This document shows, piece after piece, positions 28,602 to 37,684 of a DNA stretch of 64,000 bases. This DNA is from Chloroflexota bacterium (GTDB taxonomy: Bacteria; Chloroflexota; UBA11872; VXOZ01), in the NCBI GenBank assembly GCA_963663275.1, contig OY760183.1, positions 3,264,001 to 3,328,000 of the forward strand, in the 5' to 3' direction. A model generated the notes under the pieces. The model was not told the DNA's origin, made no database searches, and worked only from the letters and a program-made list of their open reading frames with translations. Each line of letters opens with the position of its first letter. Within the stretch, counting starts at the first letter, position 1. The translations under genes were made by a program, and so were the position numbers.

Positions 28602-28973
28602 ATGGAATTAGGCGCATTTTCGGTCAGTCTGGCGGTCAAGGACATCGAGGCATCGCGGGATTTCTATGCCAGGTTTGGGTTTCAGGTGGTGGGCGGCGAC
28701 GCGGCGGAGCACTGGCTCATTCTCAGGAACGGCACGACCACCATCGGGCTGTTCCAGGGCATGTTCGAGCAAAACATCCTGACGTTCAATCCCGGGTGGG
28801 ACTGGCAGGCGCAGCCGCTGGAGAGCTTTACCGACGTGCGCGAGTTGCAACGGCGGCTCAAGGCGGCAGGCGTGACCCTGATGAACGAGGCCGACGAGGA
28901 CTCCACCGGCCCGGCAAGCTTCGTGGCGCTGGACCCGGACGGCAATCCCATCCTGGTGGACCAGCACGTGTGA
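28602..28973 (+). CDS. VOC/glyoxalase family protein
   Basis: [36 protein letters not shown]. Confidence 0.88.
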   Translation: MELGAFSVSLAVKDIEASRDFYARFGFQVVGGDAAEHWLILRNGTTTIGLFQGMFEQNILTFNPGWDWQAQPLESFTDVRELQRRLKAAGVTLMNEADEDSTGPASFVALDPDGNPILVDQHV

Positions 28974-29121
28974 GCCCGCGGGCATCAGGCAATCTCCGCA
29001 CCACATTCCGCCGGTTCGGAGCGTCGCCAGCGGCTCGCCACGCCTGGGCTTGTTTTCGCAAAGGCCCATATACGATAATAAGAGAGCCGACTATTATCGT
29101 TTCCGCTAATTGGGCAGCACC

Positions 29122-29280
29122 ATGGCAGCCGCGTCCACAAACAACCGCCATCCTCACGGCCGCCTGGTGAACTGTCCGGGCGGCTACCGGGCCTACGTGC
29201 CGTCCCCCCTGCCGCCGCCGCTGGCGTCCAGTTCGACGCTCGCCGTCCGCCTATCCGCGGCTCCAAATACTTGCCCGGAC
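29122..29280 (+). pseudogene. Truncated Fic-family N-terminus
   Basis: GRLVNCPGGYRAYVPSPLPP...RLSAA matches the Fic_N-type start; no Fic core follows and a convergent gene lies downstream. Confidence 0.6.
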
Positions 29281-29282
29281 GG

Positions 29283-29696
29283 TTACGTGCGCAGAAAGCG
29301 TTCGATCGCCTGGGCGGCAAGTTGATTCACCGTCACGCCGCGCCGTTTGGCTTCCTGTTGCAGGCGCTGCATCAGCCAGGCGTCTTCCAGGGTCACGGTC
29401 AGCCCTTGTTCCGTGCCGGCGGCGGCGGCGGGCGCGGACGGCTGGTCCTGCACCACGATTACCTGGCCGGTATGCTCCACCACGTGGCCGCGGCGAGTTT
29501 GCGTGAGCGAGCGCCATTTTTCCTCGGTCACGGGCCGTCCCCAGGCCTGCTCCACCGCGGAGCGCGTAATCTCCAACCGCTTGCCCTCGATGGTGAGCCA
29601 CGGGCCGTTCTGGTGCAGCACACCCCCGGTTACCTGCTTGAGCACGGCGGCCAGTTCCAGATTGGGCGCGCTCAACTGGATGGTGATACTCGCCAT
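29283..29696 (-). CDS. Hypothetical protein with C-terminal ribbon-helix-helix-like domain
   Basis: LTVTLE...RLQQEAKRRGVTVNQLAAQAIERFL; GAGGAG RBS. Confidence 0.65.
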   Translation of the reverse strand: MASITIQLSAPNLELAAVLKQVTGGVLHQNGPWLTIEGKRLEITRSAVEQAWGRPVTEEKWRSLTQTRRGHVVEHTGQVIVVQDQPSAPAAAAGTEQGLTVTLEDAWLMQRLQQEAKRRGVTVNQLAAQAIERFLRT

Positions 29697-29982
29697 AGCG
29701 AATACTCCTCGCGCGAGGCGTTACGTCAGTACCTTTGTCCATTAGAACACATGCCCGCAAGCGGTACAAGCAATCCCCTTGCCACCGGTGTCGGCGCCGC
29801 GCCTTGACCGTGCGCCAGCATCTCGGTTACGCTCAGTGCCGGAGCAAGGCGGCAGAGTGTTGGCCCGGCGCCGAGCGTATACAGTTCTGAGCCGGTCTTC
29901 TACCGAGGCCAACGACATTTGGCCGCCACCGCGCAAACCAACGCATGGAGCCGATTGCTCGCATAGAGGCAGCTTCTTAATC

Positions 29983-30059
29983 TGTCATTCTGAGGAGCGG
30001 AGCGACGAAGAATCTTGTGTGGTGAGGTTTCTAGATTCCTCGCTGCGCTCGGAATGACA
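29983..30059. repeat. Palindrome family B (TGTCATTCCGAGCG..GAGGAATCT / AGATTCCTC..CGCTCGGAATGACA)
   Basis: Paired inverted copy; also 5322-5413, 5729, 27990, 36737, 49294-49397, 58253-58329. Confidence 0.85.
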
Positions 30060-30073
30060 GTCGCGCGCAATAC

Positions 30074-30217
30074 ACCAATGACAAGAACGTATAACTGACT
30101 AGTGACACTCTCGTAAAACGCACTAGTGACACTCTCGTAAAACGCACTAGCGACGGTCACGCATAACGTACTCGTAACCGTCACGCATCGCTTACCACTG
30201 ACAAGAGTGCACGCCCG
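30074..30217. repeat. Six-unit 24-bp degenerate tandem repeat
   Basis: Units start at 30074, 30098, 30122, 30146, 30170, 30194; units 2 and 3 identical (ACTAGTGACACTCTCGTAAAACGC). Confidence 0.8.
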
Positions 30218-30300
30218 CAGGGGTCTCAAGTCTCTACCTACTGTTTCCGCGTTGCACGCAATCTGAGAAGTTGAACACACGCTGAGGAAAGGATGAGTCC

Positions 30301-31437
30301 GTGCAAGACATCAACGTTGCCCTGGTGGGTCATCGCTTCATGGGCAAGGCGCACACCCACGCCTACCGCGACGTCAACCTCTTCTATCCGTCGGTGCCCT
30401 ACCGGCCGCGGCTCAAGGTAATCGCGGGGCGCGACCCCACAGCCGTTGAGGAAGCCGCCGCGCAACTTGGCTGGGAAGAATCAACGACGGACTGGCGCGA
30501 GGCCGTCACCCGCGACGACGTCGATCTGGTAGACGTCTCCACGCCGAACCATCTGCACGCCGACGTGGCCATTGCCGCCGCGGAAGCGGGCAAGCAGGTC
30601 ATGTGCGAAAAACCGCTGGCCGTGTCCGTGCCGGAGGCGCGCGCCATGGTGGAGGCCGTGGAGAAAGCCGGCGTGCGCAACACGATTTGCTTCCACTTCC
30701 GGCGCTATCCGGCGATTCGCCTGGCGCGCAAGCTCATCGAAGAGGGTGCGTTGGGCGAGATCTACCACTTTCGCGGCTGGTTCCTGGCGGAGCGTTTCGC
30801 CGATCCGTCCACGCCGCTGGGCTGGCGGATGCAGCAGGAGTACGCCGGTTTCGGCGTATTCGGCGACATCGGCTCCCACGTGCTGGACACCGCGCGCTTC
30901 CTGCTGGGCGACGTGCGCAGCGTCTGCGGCAACCTTGCCACCTACATCAAGGAGCGCCCCACGCCCGAAGGCGGCAGCGGCGCGGTGACCGTGGACGACT
31001 GCGCGCAGGTGCTCATGCAGTTCGCCAACGGCGCGCAGGGCATCCTGGAAGTCACCAAGCTGGCCCGGGGCAACAAGAATAACTTCGGCTTCGAGGTGAA
31101 CGGCAGCAAAGGGTCGGTGCGCTTCTACTTCGAGCGCCTGAACGAGTTGCAGTACTACGCCGGCGACGATCCCGGGCCGCTTGCCGGATTCCGCACCATC
31201 CACGCCTCCGATCCGGCGCACCATGACTACATGTCCGGCTACTGGCCTTCCGCCGCCCACAGCATCGGCTACGGCGAGGCGTTCATCCACATCGTCAAGG
31301 ATTTCCTGGAAGCGGTCGGCAGCGGCGCGCCCATGAGCCCCGACTTCGTGGACGGCCTGCGCGTGCAGGAACTCATGGAAGCCGTGGGCGCGTCGGCGGC
31401 CGCGCGCGGCTGGGTGGACGTGCCTGAACCGGCGTAA
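30301..31437 (+). CDS. Gfo/Idh/MocA NAD(P)-dependent oxidoreductase
   Basis: VGHRFMGKAH, STPNHLH, CEKPLA, GDIGSHVLD. Confidence 0.9.
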   Translation: MQDINVALVGHRFMGKAHTHAYRDVNLFYPSVPYRPRLKVIAGRDPTAVEEAAAQLGWEESTTDWREAVTRDDVDLVDVSTPNHLHADVAIAAAEAGKQVMCEKPLAVSVPEARAMVEAVEKAGVRNTICFHFRRYPAIRLARKLIEEGALGEIYHFRGWFLAERFADPSTPLGWRMQQEYAGFGVFGDIGSHVLDTARFLLGDVRSVCGNLATYIKERPTPEGGSGAVTVDDCAQVLMQFANGAQGILEVTKLARGNKNNFGFEVNGSKGSVRFYFERLNELQYYAGDDPGPLAGFRTIHASDPAHHDYMSGYWPSAAHSIGYGEAFIHIVKDFLEAVGSGAPMSPDFVDGLRVQELMEAVGASAAARGWVDVPEPA

Positions 31438-31762
31438 CTCTACATGCCAGTGAGCTATGGACAGTCCCGGCAGTTGCGCGCCAGGAGCAAGCGGGCCGTG
31501 TTCACTCCGTTCATACTTCGACAGGCTCAGCACGAACGGAGTGAACACGGCCGCTGGCACGTAGTTCTCTCTCCAGCGCATCGGCCGCAGGATTACTGGA
31601 AAAGAACTGTCTCAACGCCAACGGTCGATGCGCTGCCATGGGAAAGGCAGCGCGCCTTGGCAAGCGCCCTATGCCCGGCCAGGCGCAACGACAATGGGCG
31701 GCGTGGTACCCTATCTACGACCAAGCCGGTACCATGCACGATTTTGGAAGGGATTGTGAAAC

Positions 31763-32611
31763 ATGTACACCAGGTCCTACGACGGCACGAACAAGAAAGT
31801 CTTCTGGCAGGAGATGTGGCGGCACGAACTCTACGAGGCCTTGAAGCACGACCCGGTAGTCGTCATTCCCGTGGGTTCCATCGAGCAGCACGGCCCCCAC
31901 AGCCCCACCGACATCGACATCAGCATTCCCTACTACCTGGCCGCGGAGGCCGCCACCCGCACCGACGACTATCCCATCATCGTCGCGCCGCCGGTCTGGA
32001 CCGGTTTCACCCACTTCAACATGGGGCACATCGGCACGATTACGGTGACGCTCGAAACGTACATTGCCGTGCTCTGCGACGTGTGCCGCAGCATCAAGGC
32101 CAACGGCTTCGAGCGCATGATCATGCTCAACGGCCACGGCGGCAACGTGGCGCCGACGCAAACCACCTCCGTCAAGCTGGCGCAGGAAGACATCTGGGCG
32201 CTGCACGTCACCTACTTCCACATGGTGGAGGACGAACTTAAAGAGTGGGGCGACAGCGACGACACCATCGGCCACGGCGGCGAGTGGGAAACGTCCCTGC
32301 AACTCTACCTGCGCGGTCACATGGTGGACCTGGATAAACGCACGCCCAACGGCCTGGCGCCCTGGTTCAGCGATCCGGTGGTGGGCAAGTTCGCCAAGTG
32401 GCCGGAACGCCGCCGGGAGGCCGACGAGGGCGTGATGGGCGATCCGTTCGTGGCCAGCGCCGAGAAAGGCGAGCGCATCTTCAATCTGGCCGTGGAACGC
32501 CTCATCCTGGCCTGCAACGAACTGCACAACTACCCCGTGCGCGGCTACTTCGACCGCGGCAGCGACGCCACCCTGGGGCCGCTCTCGCCGGACGCCACGC
32601 CGCCGCGCTAG
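31763..32611 (+). CDS. Creatininase/MftE-family amidohydrolase
   Basis: PVGSIEQHGPH...D, NGHGGN, GHGGEWETS, GVMGDP. Confidence 0.9.
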   Translation: MYTRSYDGTNKKVFWQEMWRHELYEALKHDPVVVIPVGSIEQHGPHSPTDIDISIPYYLAAEAATRTDDYPIIVAPPVWTGFTHFNMGHIGTITVTLETYIAVLCDVCRSIKANGFERMIMLNGHGGNVAPTQTTSVKLAQEDIWALHVTYFHMVEDELKEWGDSDDTIGHGGEWETSLQLYLRGHMVDLDKRTPNGLAPWFSDPVVGKFAKWPERRREADEGVMGDPFVASAEKGERIFNLAVERLILACNELHNYPVRGYFDRGSDATLGPLSPDATPPR

Positions 32612-32655
32612 CACGCATTCACGGACAACAGGGAGAGGAGAAAGAGGACATCGCC

Positions 32656-34035
32656 ATGAGGACGTATTCAACGCAGGAAGCGGCCAGTTTGCTGGGCATC
32701 ACCAACGTGCGCGTCAACGAAATCTCGAAAGAGCGAGGGATCGGGCGCCAAGACTCCAAGAGCCGCCGCTGGAGCTATACGAGCGACGAGATCAAGCGCA
32801 TTGCCGAGATTTCGCGCAAAGCGCGCCTGCCGGAAGACTTTGGCGACTTCTATCAAGAACTCGGCGTGAAGCGCGTGATCAACGCCGCCGGCACGCTCAC
32901 CCGGCTCGGCGGCACGCCGATGGACGACGACGTGTTGGAAGCCATGCGCCAGGCGGCGCAGTGGAGCGTCCGCATCGAGGAACTGCAACAAGCGGCGGGG
33001 GACTACCTGGCCTCCGTCACCGGGGCCGAAGCCGGGTACGTTACGGCCGGCGCGGCGGCGGGACTGCTGGTCGGCACGGCCGCCTGCATCACCGGCCTGG
33101 ACATCCACAAGATGAACCTGCTGCCGGATACCGGCCAGATTCCCAACGAGGTCGTCGTCCAGCGCATCCACCGCAACGCCTACGACCACGCCCTGCGCAC
33201 AGCCGGGGCCAAGCTGATCGAGGTCGGCCACATCGGCCACCCCACCGGCGGCTACACGGAACCCTGGCACATCGAAACCGCCATCAACGAGCGCACGGTG
33301 GCCGTCCACTGGGTGGCAATGCCGGTGGAAGGCGCGGTGAGCCTGGAAGAAACCGTGGCCGTGGCGCACAAGCACAACGTGCCCGTGATCGTGGACGCGG
33401 CCGGCGGCCTGCCCCCCGCCGAAAACCTGCAAGGGCTTATCGCCACGGGCGCTGATCTCGTCTCCTTCTCCGGCGGCAAGGCGATCCAAGGCCCCCAGGC
33501 CTCCGGCATCCTGGTGGGACGCCGCGACCTCATCCAGTCGGTGGCCCTGCAGCACCAGGACATGGACGTGATGCCCGAGACTTGGACGCTGCGCGAGCAA
33601 CTGCTGGGCAGCGGCCGCCTGCTCGGCCCGCCGTTGCAGGGCATTGGCCGTCCGATGAAAGTGGGCAAAGAAGAGATTGCCGGCCTGCTGGCGGCGGTGA
33701 AGAAGTACGTCAGCCGGGACCACGCCGCCGCGCGCGTCGAGTGGCTCCGCCGCCTGGACGCCATCGCCGACGCGCTCAGCGACACCGAGGGCGTTTCCAC
33801 TGAGGTGGTGGGGCGCGACGGCGCTTCCTATCCCACCCTGCGCGTCTCGCTGGACGAGTCCGCGCTCGGCGTCTCGGCCATCGACCTGGTAAACCGCTTG
33901 TTCGACGGCGACCCGGCCATCGCGGTCAGCCAGTACGGCTCCCAGGAAGGCAGCGTCTCGATAAATCCGCTCAACCTGGACGGCGACAAGCCGCAACTGG
34001 TGGCGGATCGCATCAGCGCGATCGTCGCGACGTAG
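32656..34035 (+). CDS. SelA-like/DgaE (D-glucosaminate-6-P ammonia-lyase)-like PLP enzyme with N-terminal MerR/excisionase-like HTH
   Basis: INAAGTLTRLGG, VDAAG, FSGGKAIQGPQASG, GIGRPMKVGKEEI; N-terminus YSTQEAASLLGIT...WSYTSDEI. Confidence 0.8.
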   Translation: MRTYSTQEAASLLGITNVRVNEISKERGIGRQDSKSRRWSYTSDEIKRIAEISRKARLPEDFGDFYQELGVKRVINAAGTLTRLGGTPMDDDVLEAMRQAAQWSVRIEELQQAAGDYLASVTGAEAGYVTAGAAAGLLVGTAACITGLDIHKMNLLPDTGQIPNEVVVQRIHRNAYDHALRTAGAKLIEVGHIGHPTGGYTEPWHIETAINERTVAVHWVAMPVEGAVSLEETVAVAHKHNVPVIVDAAGGLPPAENLQGLIATGADLVSFSGGKAIQGPQASGILVGRRDLIQSVALQHQDMDVMPETWTLREQLLGSGRLLGPPLQGIGRPMKVGKEEIAGLLAAVKKYVSRDHAAARVEWLRRLDAIADALSDTEGVSTEVVGRDGASYPTLRVSLDESALGVSAIDLVNRLFDGDPAIAVSQYGSQEGSVSINPLNLDGDKPQLVADRISAIVAT

Positions 34036-34211
34036 GGTTGGAGAGAGCGGTCTCTCTTGGAAATACCTATGGTAAGTGGAACTTTCAATGGCAACTCCAC
34101 TTATGACAATTCACCAAGTCCGTTCGTGGTGAGCGTGTCGAACCAAGAACGGACGCACCCGTGACCCTCGTCGTGCTCCATCCAGGCAATCACTGCTGAG
34201 ATCGATCAGCC

Positions 34212-34871
34212 ATGCGACTCCGTGACTTCGGCGCGGTAGACCAACGCTTCGCCGGCATCATCGGCCTGCGCCAAAACAAGCTGCTCTTTTCTTTGCCGGA
34301 GCCGCGCTACGCGCAAGAGGTGGAGGACGGCGGGCGGACGCTGCCGCTGTGGGGCGTTGGCGGCATGTGCGCAGCGGGCGAATCGTGGCAGGAGGCGGCG
34401 CAGCGCCACGGTGAAGCCGACACCGGCTGTGAGGTGCGGCTCTTCTCCAGCCGCGAGACCTATTATCTCAACGTCAAGAGCGACATCTTCGCGGTAGAGA
34501 TCGACGACGTGCCCGCGCCGGCCCTGCTCTACGCCGCCGCCTACCGGCCGCCGGACAACCCGTACGGCGACCTGGAAACCGTCTATGGTGTGGAGTACTT
34601 TGCCCACGTGCGCGGCGCGCCCCGGCCCGGCGCGGACACCGCCGCGCTCATCGCACTGGGACAACCCTTGCTCGTGGCGGCGGCACAGCAGGCCCTGACC
34701 CTGGACAATCTGCTGCAAGCCGGCGCGGAACTCTTCGCCAACCCGGCCCATCCACCGCTCGACCCCACGCACATCATCTCGCCGCTCGGCACGCCGCACT
34801 TCATGCTCCAGGTGCTGGACGCCGGCCACTGGTGGCAGGTTCTTTCCCTGGCCGATCTGCCGTTGCTCTGA
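34212..34871 (+). CDS. Nudix-fold protein with degenerate Nudix box
   Basis: GGMCAAGESWQEAAQRHGEADTG versus GX5EX7REUXEEXG. Confidence 0.55.
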   Translation: MRLRDFGAVDQRFAGIIGLRQNKLLFSLPEPRYAQEVEDGGRTLPLWGVGGMCAAGESWQEAAQRHGEADTGCEVRLFSSRETYYLNVKSDIFAVEIDDVPAPALLYAAAYRPPDNPYGDLETVYGVEYFAHVRGAPRPGADTAALIALGQPLLVAAAQQALTLDNLLQAGAELFANPAHPPLDPTHIISPLGTPHFMLQVLDAGHWWQVLSLADLPLL

Positions 34872-35032
34872 GCAGCGCCCTTGTCGTTTCAAGGCTCCGC
34901 GTACCGTGCCATCCGGCAGAGATCAGGGCTGATATACTGGGGTTGGAAAGACTGACCGAATACCTCCGGCACAGAATTGCTGGATGGAGCCGGAGCGGTA
35001 AGCGTTTACGCACACCGGAGAAGAAGATCGTC

Positions 35033-35257
35033 ATGACCGCCAGCATCTCCGAAATCATCTTTGAAGTCAGCGAGGACGAAGTCGACGGTGGGTACGCGGC
35101 GAGCGCGTTGGGATACGGCATCCACACCGCCGGCGAAACGCTCGAGGAACTTCGCCGCAATGTCAGAGAAGCCGTAGACTGCTACTTCGACGCAACCATG
35201 CAGCGACCGCGTTTGATCCGTCTTCACTTCGTCCGCGACGAAGTCCTTGCCCTATGA
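35033..35257 (+). CDS. hicB: HicB-like antitoxin
   Basis: EIIFEV...GGY.A.ALG..I.T.GETLEELR.NVREAV; ATGA overlap with hicA. Confidence 0.8.
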   Translation: MTASISEIIFEVSEDEVDGGYAASALGYGIHTAGETLEELRRNVREAVDCYFDATMQRPRLIRLHFVRDEVLAL

Positions 35258-35496
35258 AACTGCCCCGCAATCTAAACGGGTCGGATTTAGTGAAAGCGCT
35301 GCGGCGTCTGGGGTATACGGCTACCCGGCAACGCGGTTCTCACGTGCGGGTGACAACGCAGACTAATGGCGAACATCACGAGGTTATTCCCCAACACACG
35401 CCCATCAAGACCAAGACACTATCGAACATCCTAAAAAGCATTGCGGCCCATCACGGCCTGAGTGTCGCAGAGTTGATCAAGCAGCTTGATTTGTGA
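35254..35496 (+). CDS. hicA: HicA-family toxin
   Basis: MKLPRNL...LGY...RQRGSH...IPQH...TL..IL. Confidence 0.85.
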   Translation: MKLPRNLNGSDLVKALRRLGYTATRQRGSHVRVTTQTNGEHHEVIPQHTPIKTKTLSNILKSIAAHHGLSVAELIKQLDL

Positions 35497-35620
35497 CCAT
35501 CCTTCCAAACTTGGCGCTTGCAGCGCCCCTGGATTGGCATTTGCTTTGGAGCAGCGTGACCACGCGAGCAGGGGCAAGATGCCACATTGTGGGGGCTTGT
35601 CTTTGCACATTGACTTTCCT

Positions 35621-36577
35621 CTATTGATGTCCCTCGACAAGACGCACCTGGCCTGTGTGCAACACCCGATTCACTTCCTCGCGGCTCGGCAAGCTGGCGA
35701 TCGCGCCTCTACCGCGCACCTTCAGACCCGCCATGACCACGCCCAGCCTTGCCGCCTCTAACGCCGTCACGCCCCGCACCAGCCCGTGCAGGAACGCGCC
35801 GTCGAAGGCGTCGCCGGCGCCGGTCGTATCGACCACGCGCGGCACAGTGAACGCGGGTACCGTCCACTTTCCGTCTTCCGTGCTCACGTACACGCCGGCC
35901 TCGCCCTGCTTGACCGCTACCGCGTACGCGCCAAAGCCATGCAGGTAGTCCGCCGTTTCTTCCGCGCTCGTCAGGCCGAACAACTGCCCTGACTCTTCAG
36001 GCCCGCTGGGCAGGGCGATGTCCACGTGGGGCAGAAGTTCCTCCGCCGCGGCCCGCGCCTCCGCCACCGACCACAGCGCCGGCCGCAGATTGGGGTCGAA
36101 CGAAACGCACACGCGCGCCTCGTTCGCAATACGCGCCGCCGCCAGCGCCGTCGCCCGCGCCGACTCCGAGATTGCCTGGGCGATGCCGCTGATGTGCAGC
36201 ACCCGCGCCTGCGCGATGTAGCCGGGATCCAGGTCCTCAGGGGTCATCGTGCTCGGCGCGCTGCCGGCCCGGTAGTAGGTGAATTCGCGTTCGCCCTGGC
36301 CGAAAGTGGAAATGAAGTAGATGCCGTTGCGTCCCTCCACCCGCTTGACGCGCGACGTATCGATGCCCAACGATTCCCAACCGTTCAGCAAGAAGGGTTG
36401 AAAAGGATCGTTGCCGACGCGGGAGAGAAAGCCGCAGGAACTCCCCAGCCGGGACGCCGCCGCCAGCAGGTTGAGCGCGTCACCGGCGAACGCCTTCTCC
36501 ACCGTGTCCGCCTCCGCCAGCGGCTGTTCGGCAAAGAACTCGACCATGCACTCACCCAAGGAGAGAATGTCAGGCAT
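35621..36577 (-). CDS. kdgK: PfkB sugar kinase, 2-keto-3-deoxygluconate kinase-like
   Basis: GECMVE, AGDALN, YYRAGSA, FDPNLR, DTTGAGDAF; adjacent to eda. Confidence 0.8.
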   Translation of the reverse strand: MPDILSLGECMVEFFAEQPLAEADTVEKAFAGDALNLLAAASRLGSSCGFLSRVGNDPFQPFLLNGWESLGIDTSRVKRVEGRNGIYFISTFGQGEREFTYYRAGSAPSTMTPEDLDPGYIAQARVLHISGIAQAISESARATALAAARIANEARVCVSFDPNLRPALWSVAEARAAAEELLPHVDIALPSGPEESGQLFGLTSAEETADYLHGFGAYAVAVKQGEAGVYVSTEDGKWTVPAFTVPRVVDTTGAGDAFDGAFLHGLVRGVTALEAARLGVVMAGLKVRGRGAIASLPSREEVNRVLHTGQVRLVEGHQ

Positions 36578-36792
36578 GTCCGGACCTTTCCATCGAGAAG
36601 TCTCCCTCTCCCCGGGGAGAGGGCCGGGGTGAGGGGAAGAATGCAGTCACCTCGACCGCCAAAGCGAACTGCACTGGGCTGTGGTAAATTTCCAATTTGG
36701 TGAACCCGCCCAAGAAAGTAGCCAGTTCCTCAATCCAGATTCCTCGCTCCGCTCGGAATGACATGCAGCGAATCCACCCGCCGGCCGGGGAG

Positions 36793-37437
36793 TCACTGCG
36801 GAGTATCCAATTCCTCCACGAACCGCCGCGCGAAGGCCGTGAGGCCGGCGTAGTCACCGGCGGCGATGAGCGACGGCGGCATCAGGCCGGAACCGAGCGC
36901 CACGCCGGCCGCGCCCGCCTCCAGGTACGCCCGGTAGTTGTCGAAGCCAATGCCGCCTGACGCAACGATGGGAACGTCCGGCAGCGGCCCCAGCACGCTC
37001 TTGACGTAGCCCGGCCCGCCGACGCTATCGATGGGAAAGACCTTCACCATGTCCGCGCCGGACTCGTAGACGTCCAGAATCTCGGTCGGCGTCAGACCGG
37101 CCATAATGCAAGGCACGTCCGCCGCGTGCGCCACCTCCACCAACGCCGGACGGTGCACGGGCCCGACGATGAACTGTGCCCCGGCCAGCAGCGCCGCTAA
37201 CGCCTGCCCGGCGGTCGTCACCGTGCCCGCTCCCACCAGGCAATCGGCGGGCTTATCCGCCTCCACCCGGGCAATGACGGCCGCGGCGTCCGGCACCGTA
37301 AACGTAATCTCCACCAAGCGGATGCCGGCGGCGTAGAGCGCCCACGCCGTCTCTACCGCCTGCGCCGCGGTCGCGGTGCGCACCACAGCCGTCAACTTCT
37401 CCTCGAGCAAATCGTCCAGCAATTCCACGCGGCTCAC
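36793..37437 (-). CDS. eda: KDPG/KHG aldolase
   Basis: AVVR, EITF, GAGTV, TPTEI, VKVFP, GPLP, SGG. Confidence 0.88.
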   Translation of the reverse strand: MSRVELLDDLLEEKLTAVVRTATAAQAVETAWALYAAGIRLVEITFTVPDAAAVIARVEADKPADCLVGAGTVTTAGQALAALLAGAQFIVGPVHRPALVEVAHAADVPCIMAGLTPTEILDVYESGADMVKVFPIDSVGGPGYVKSVLGPLPDVPIVASGGIGFDNYRAYLEAGAAGVALGSGLMPPSLIAAGDYAGLTAFARRFVEELDTPQ

Positions 37438-37684
37438 AGCCTTCTCCTTTGCACCGTCTCTCGCCTCCCGCATTCCGCGCGCACACGATCGCATTCCCTG
37501 AACGCATCGACCCGCTCGGCGCGCGCAGACGCCAACTCCCCCTTGAGCCTAGCAAGAAGCCGCGCATTAAGCTAGAATACAAGCGTAGTGCGCTCTCGTC
37601 CTTCCCCATACCGCTCGCCCGCACTGCAATCTCCTCCGGCACACCGTTCCGCCGTTTCGCCGTATTGCCGTCTTCTGGGATAGA

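Noticed and set aside
32656-34035. True selenocysteine synthase selA
   Set aside because: No selB/selD/tRNA-Sec nearby; motifs (GIGRPMKVGKEE) and KDG context fit the DgaE/SelA-like branch
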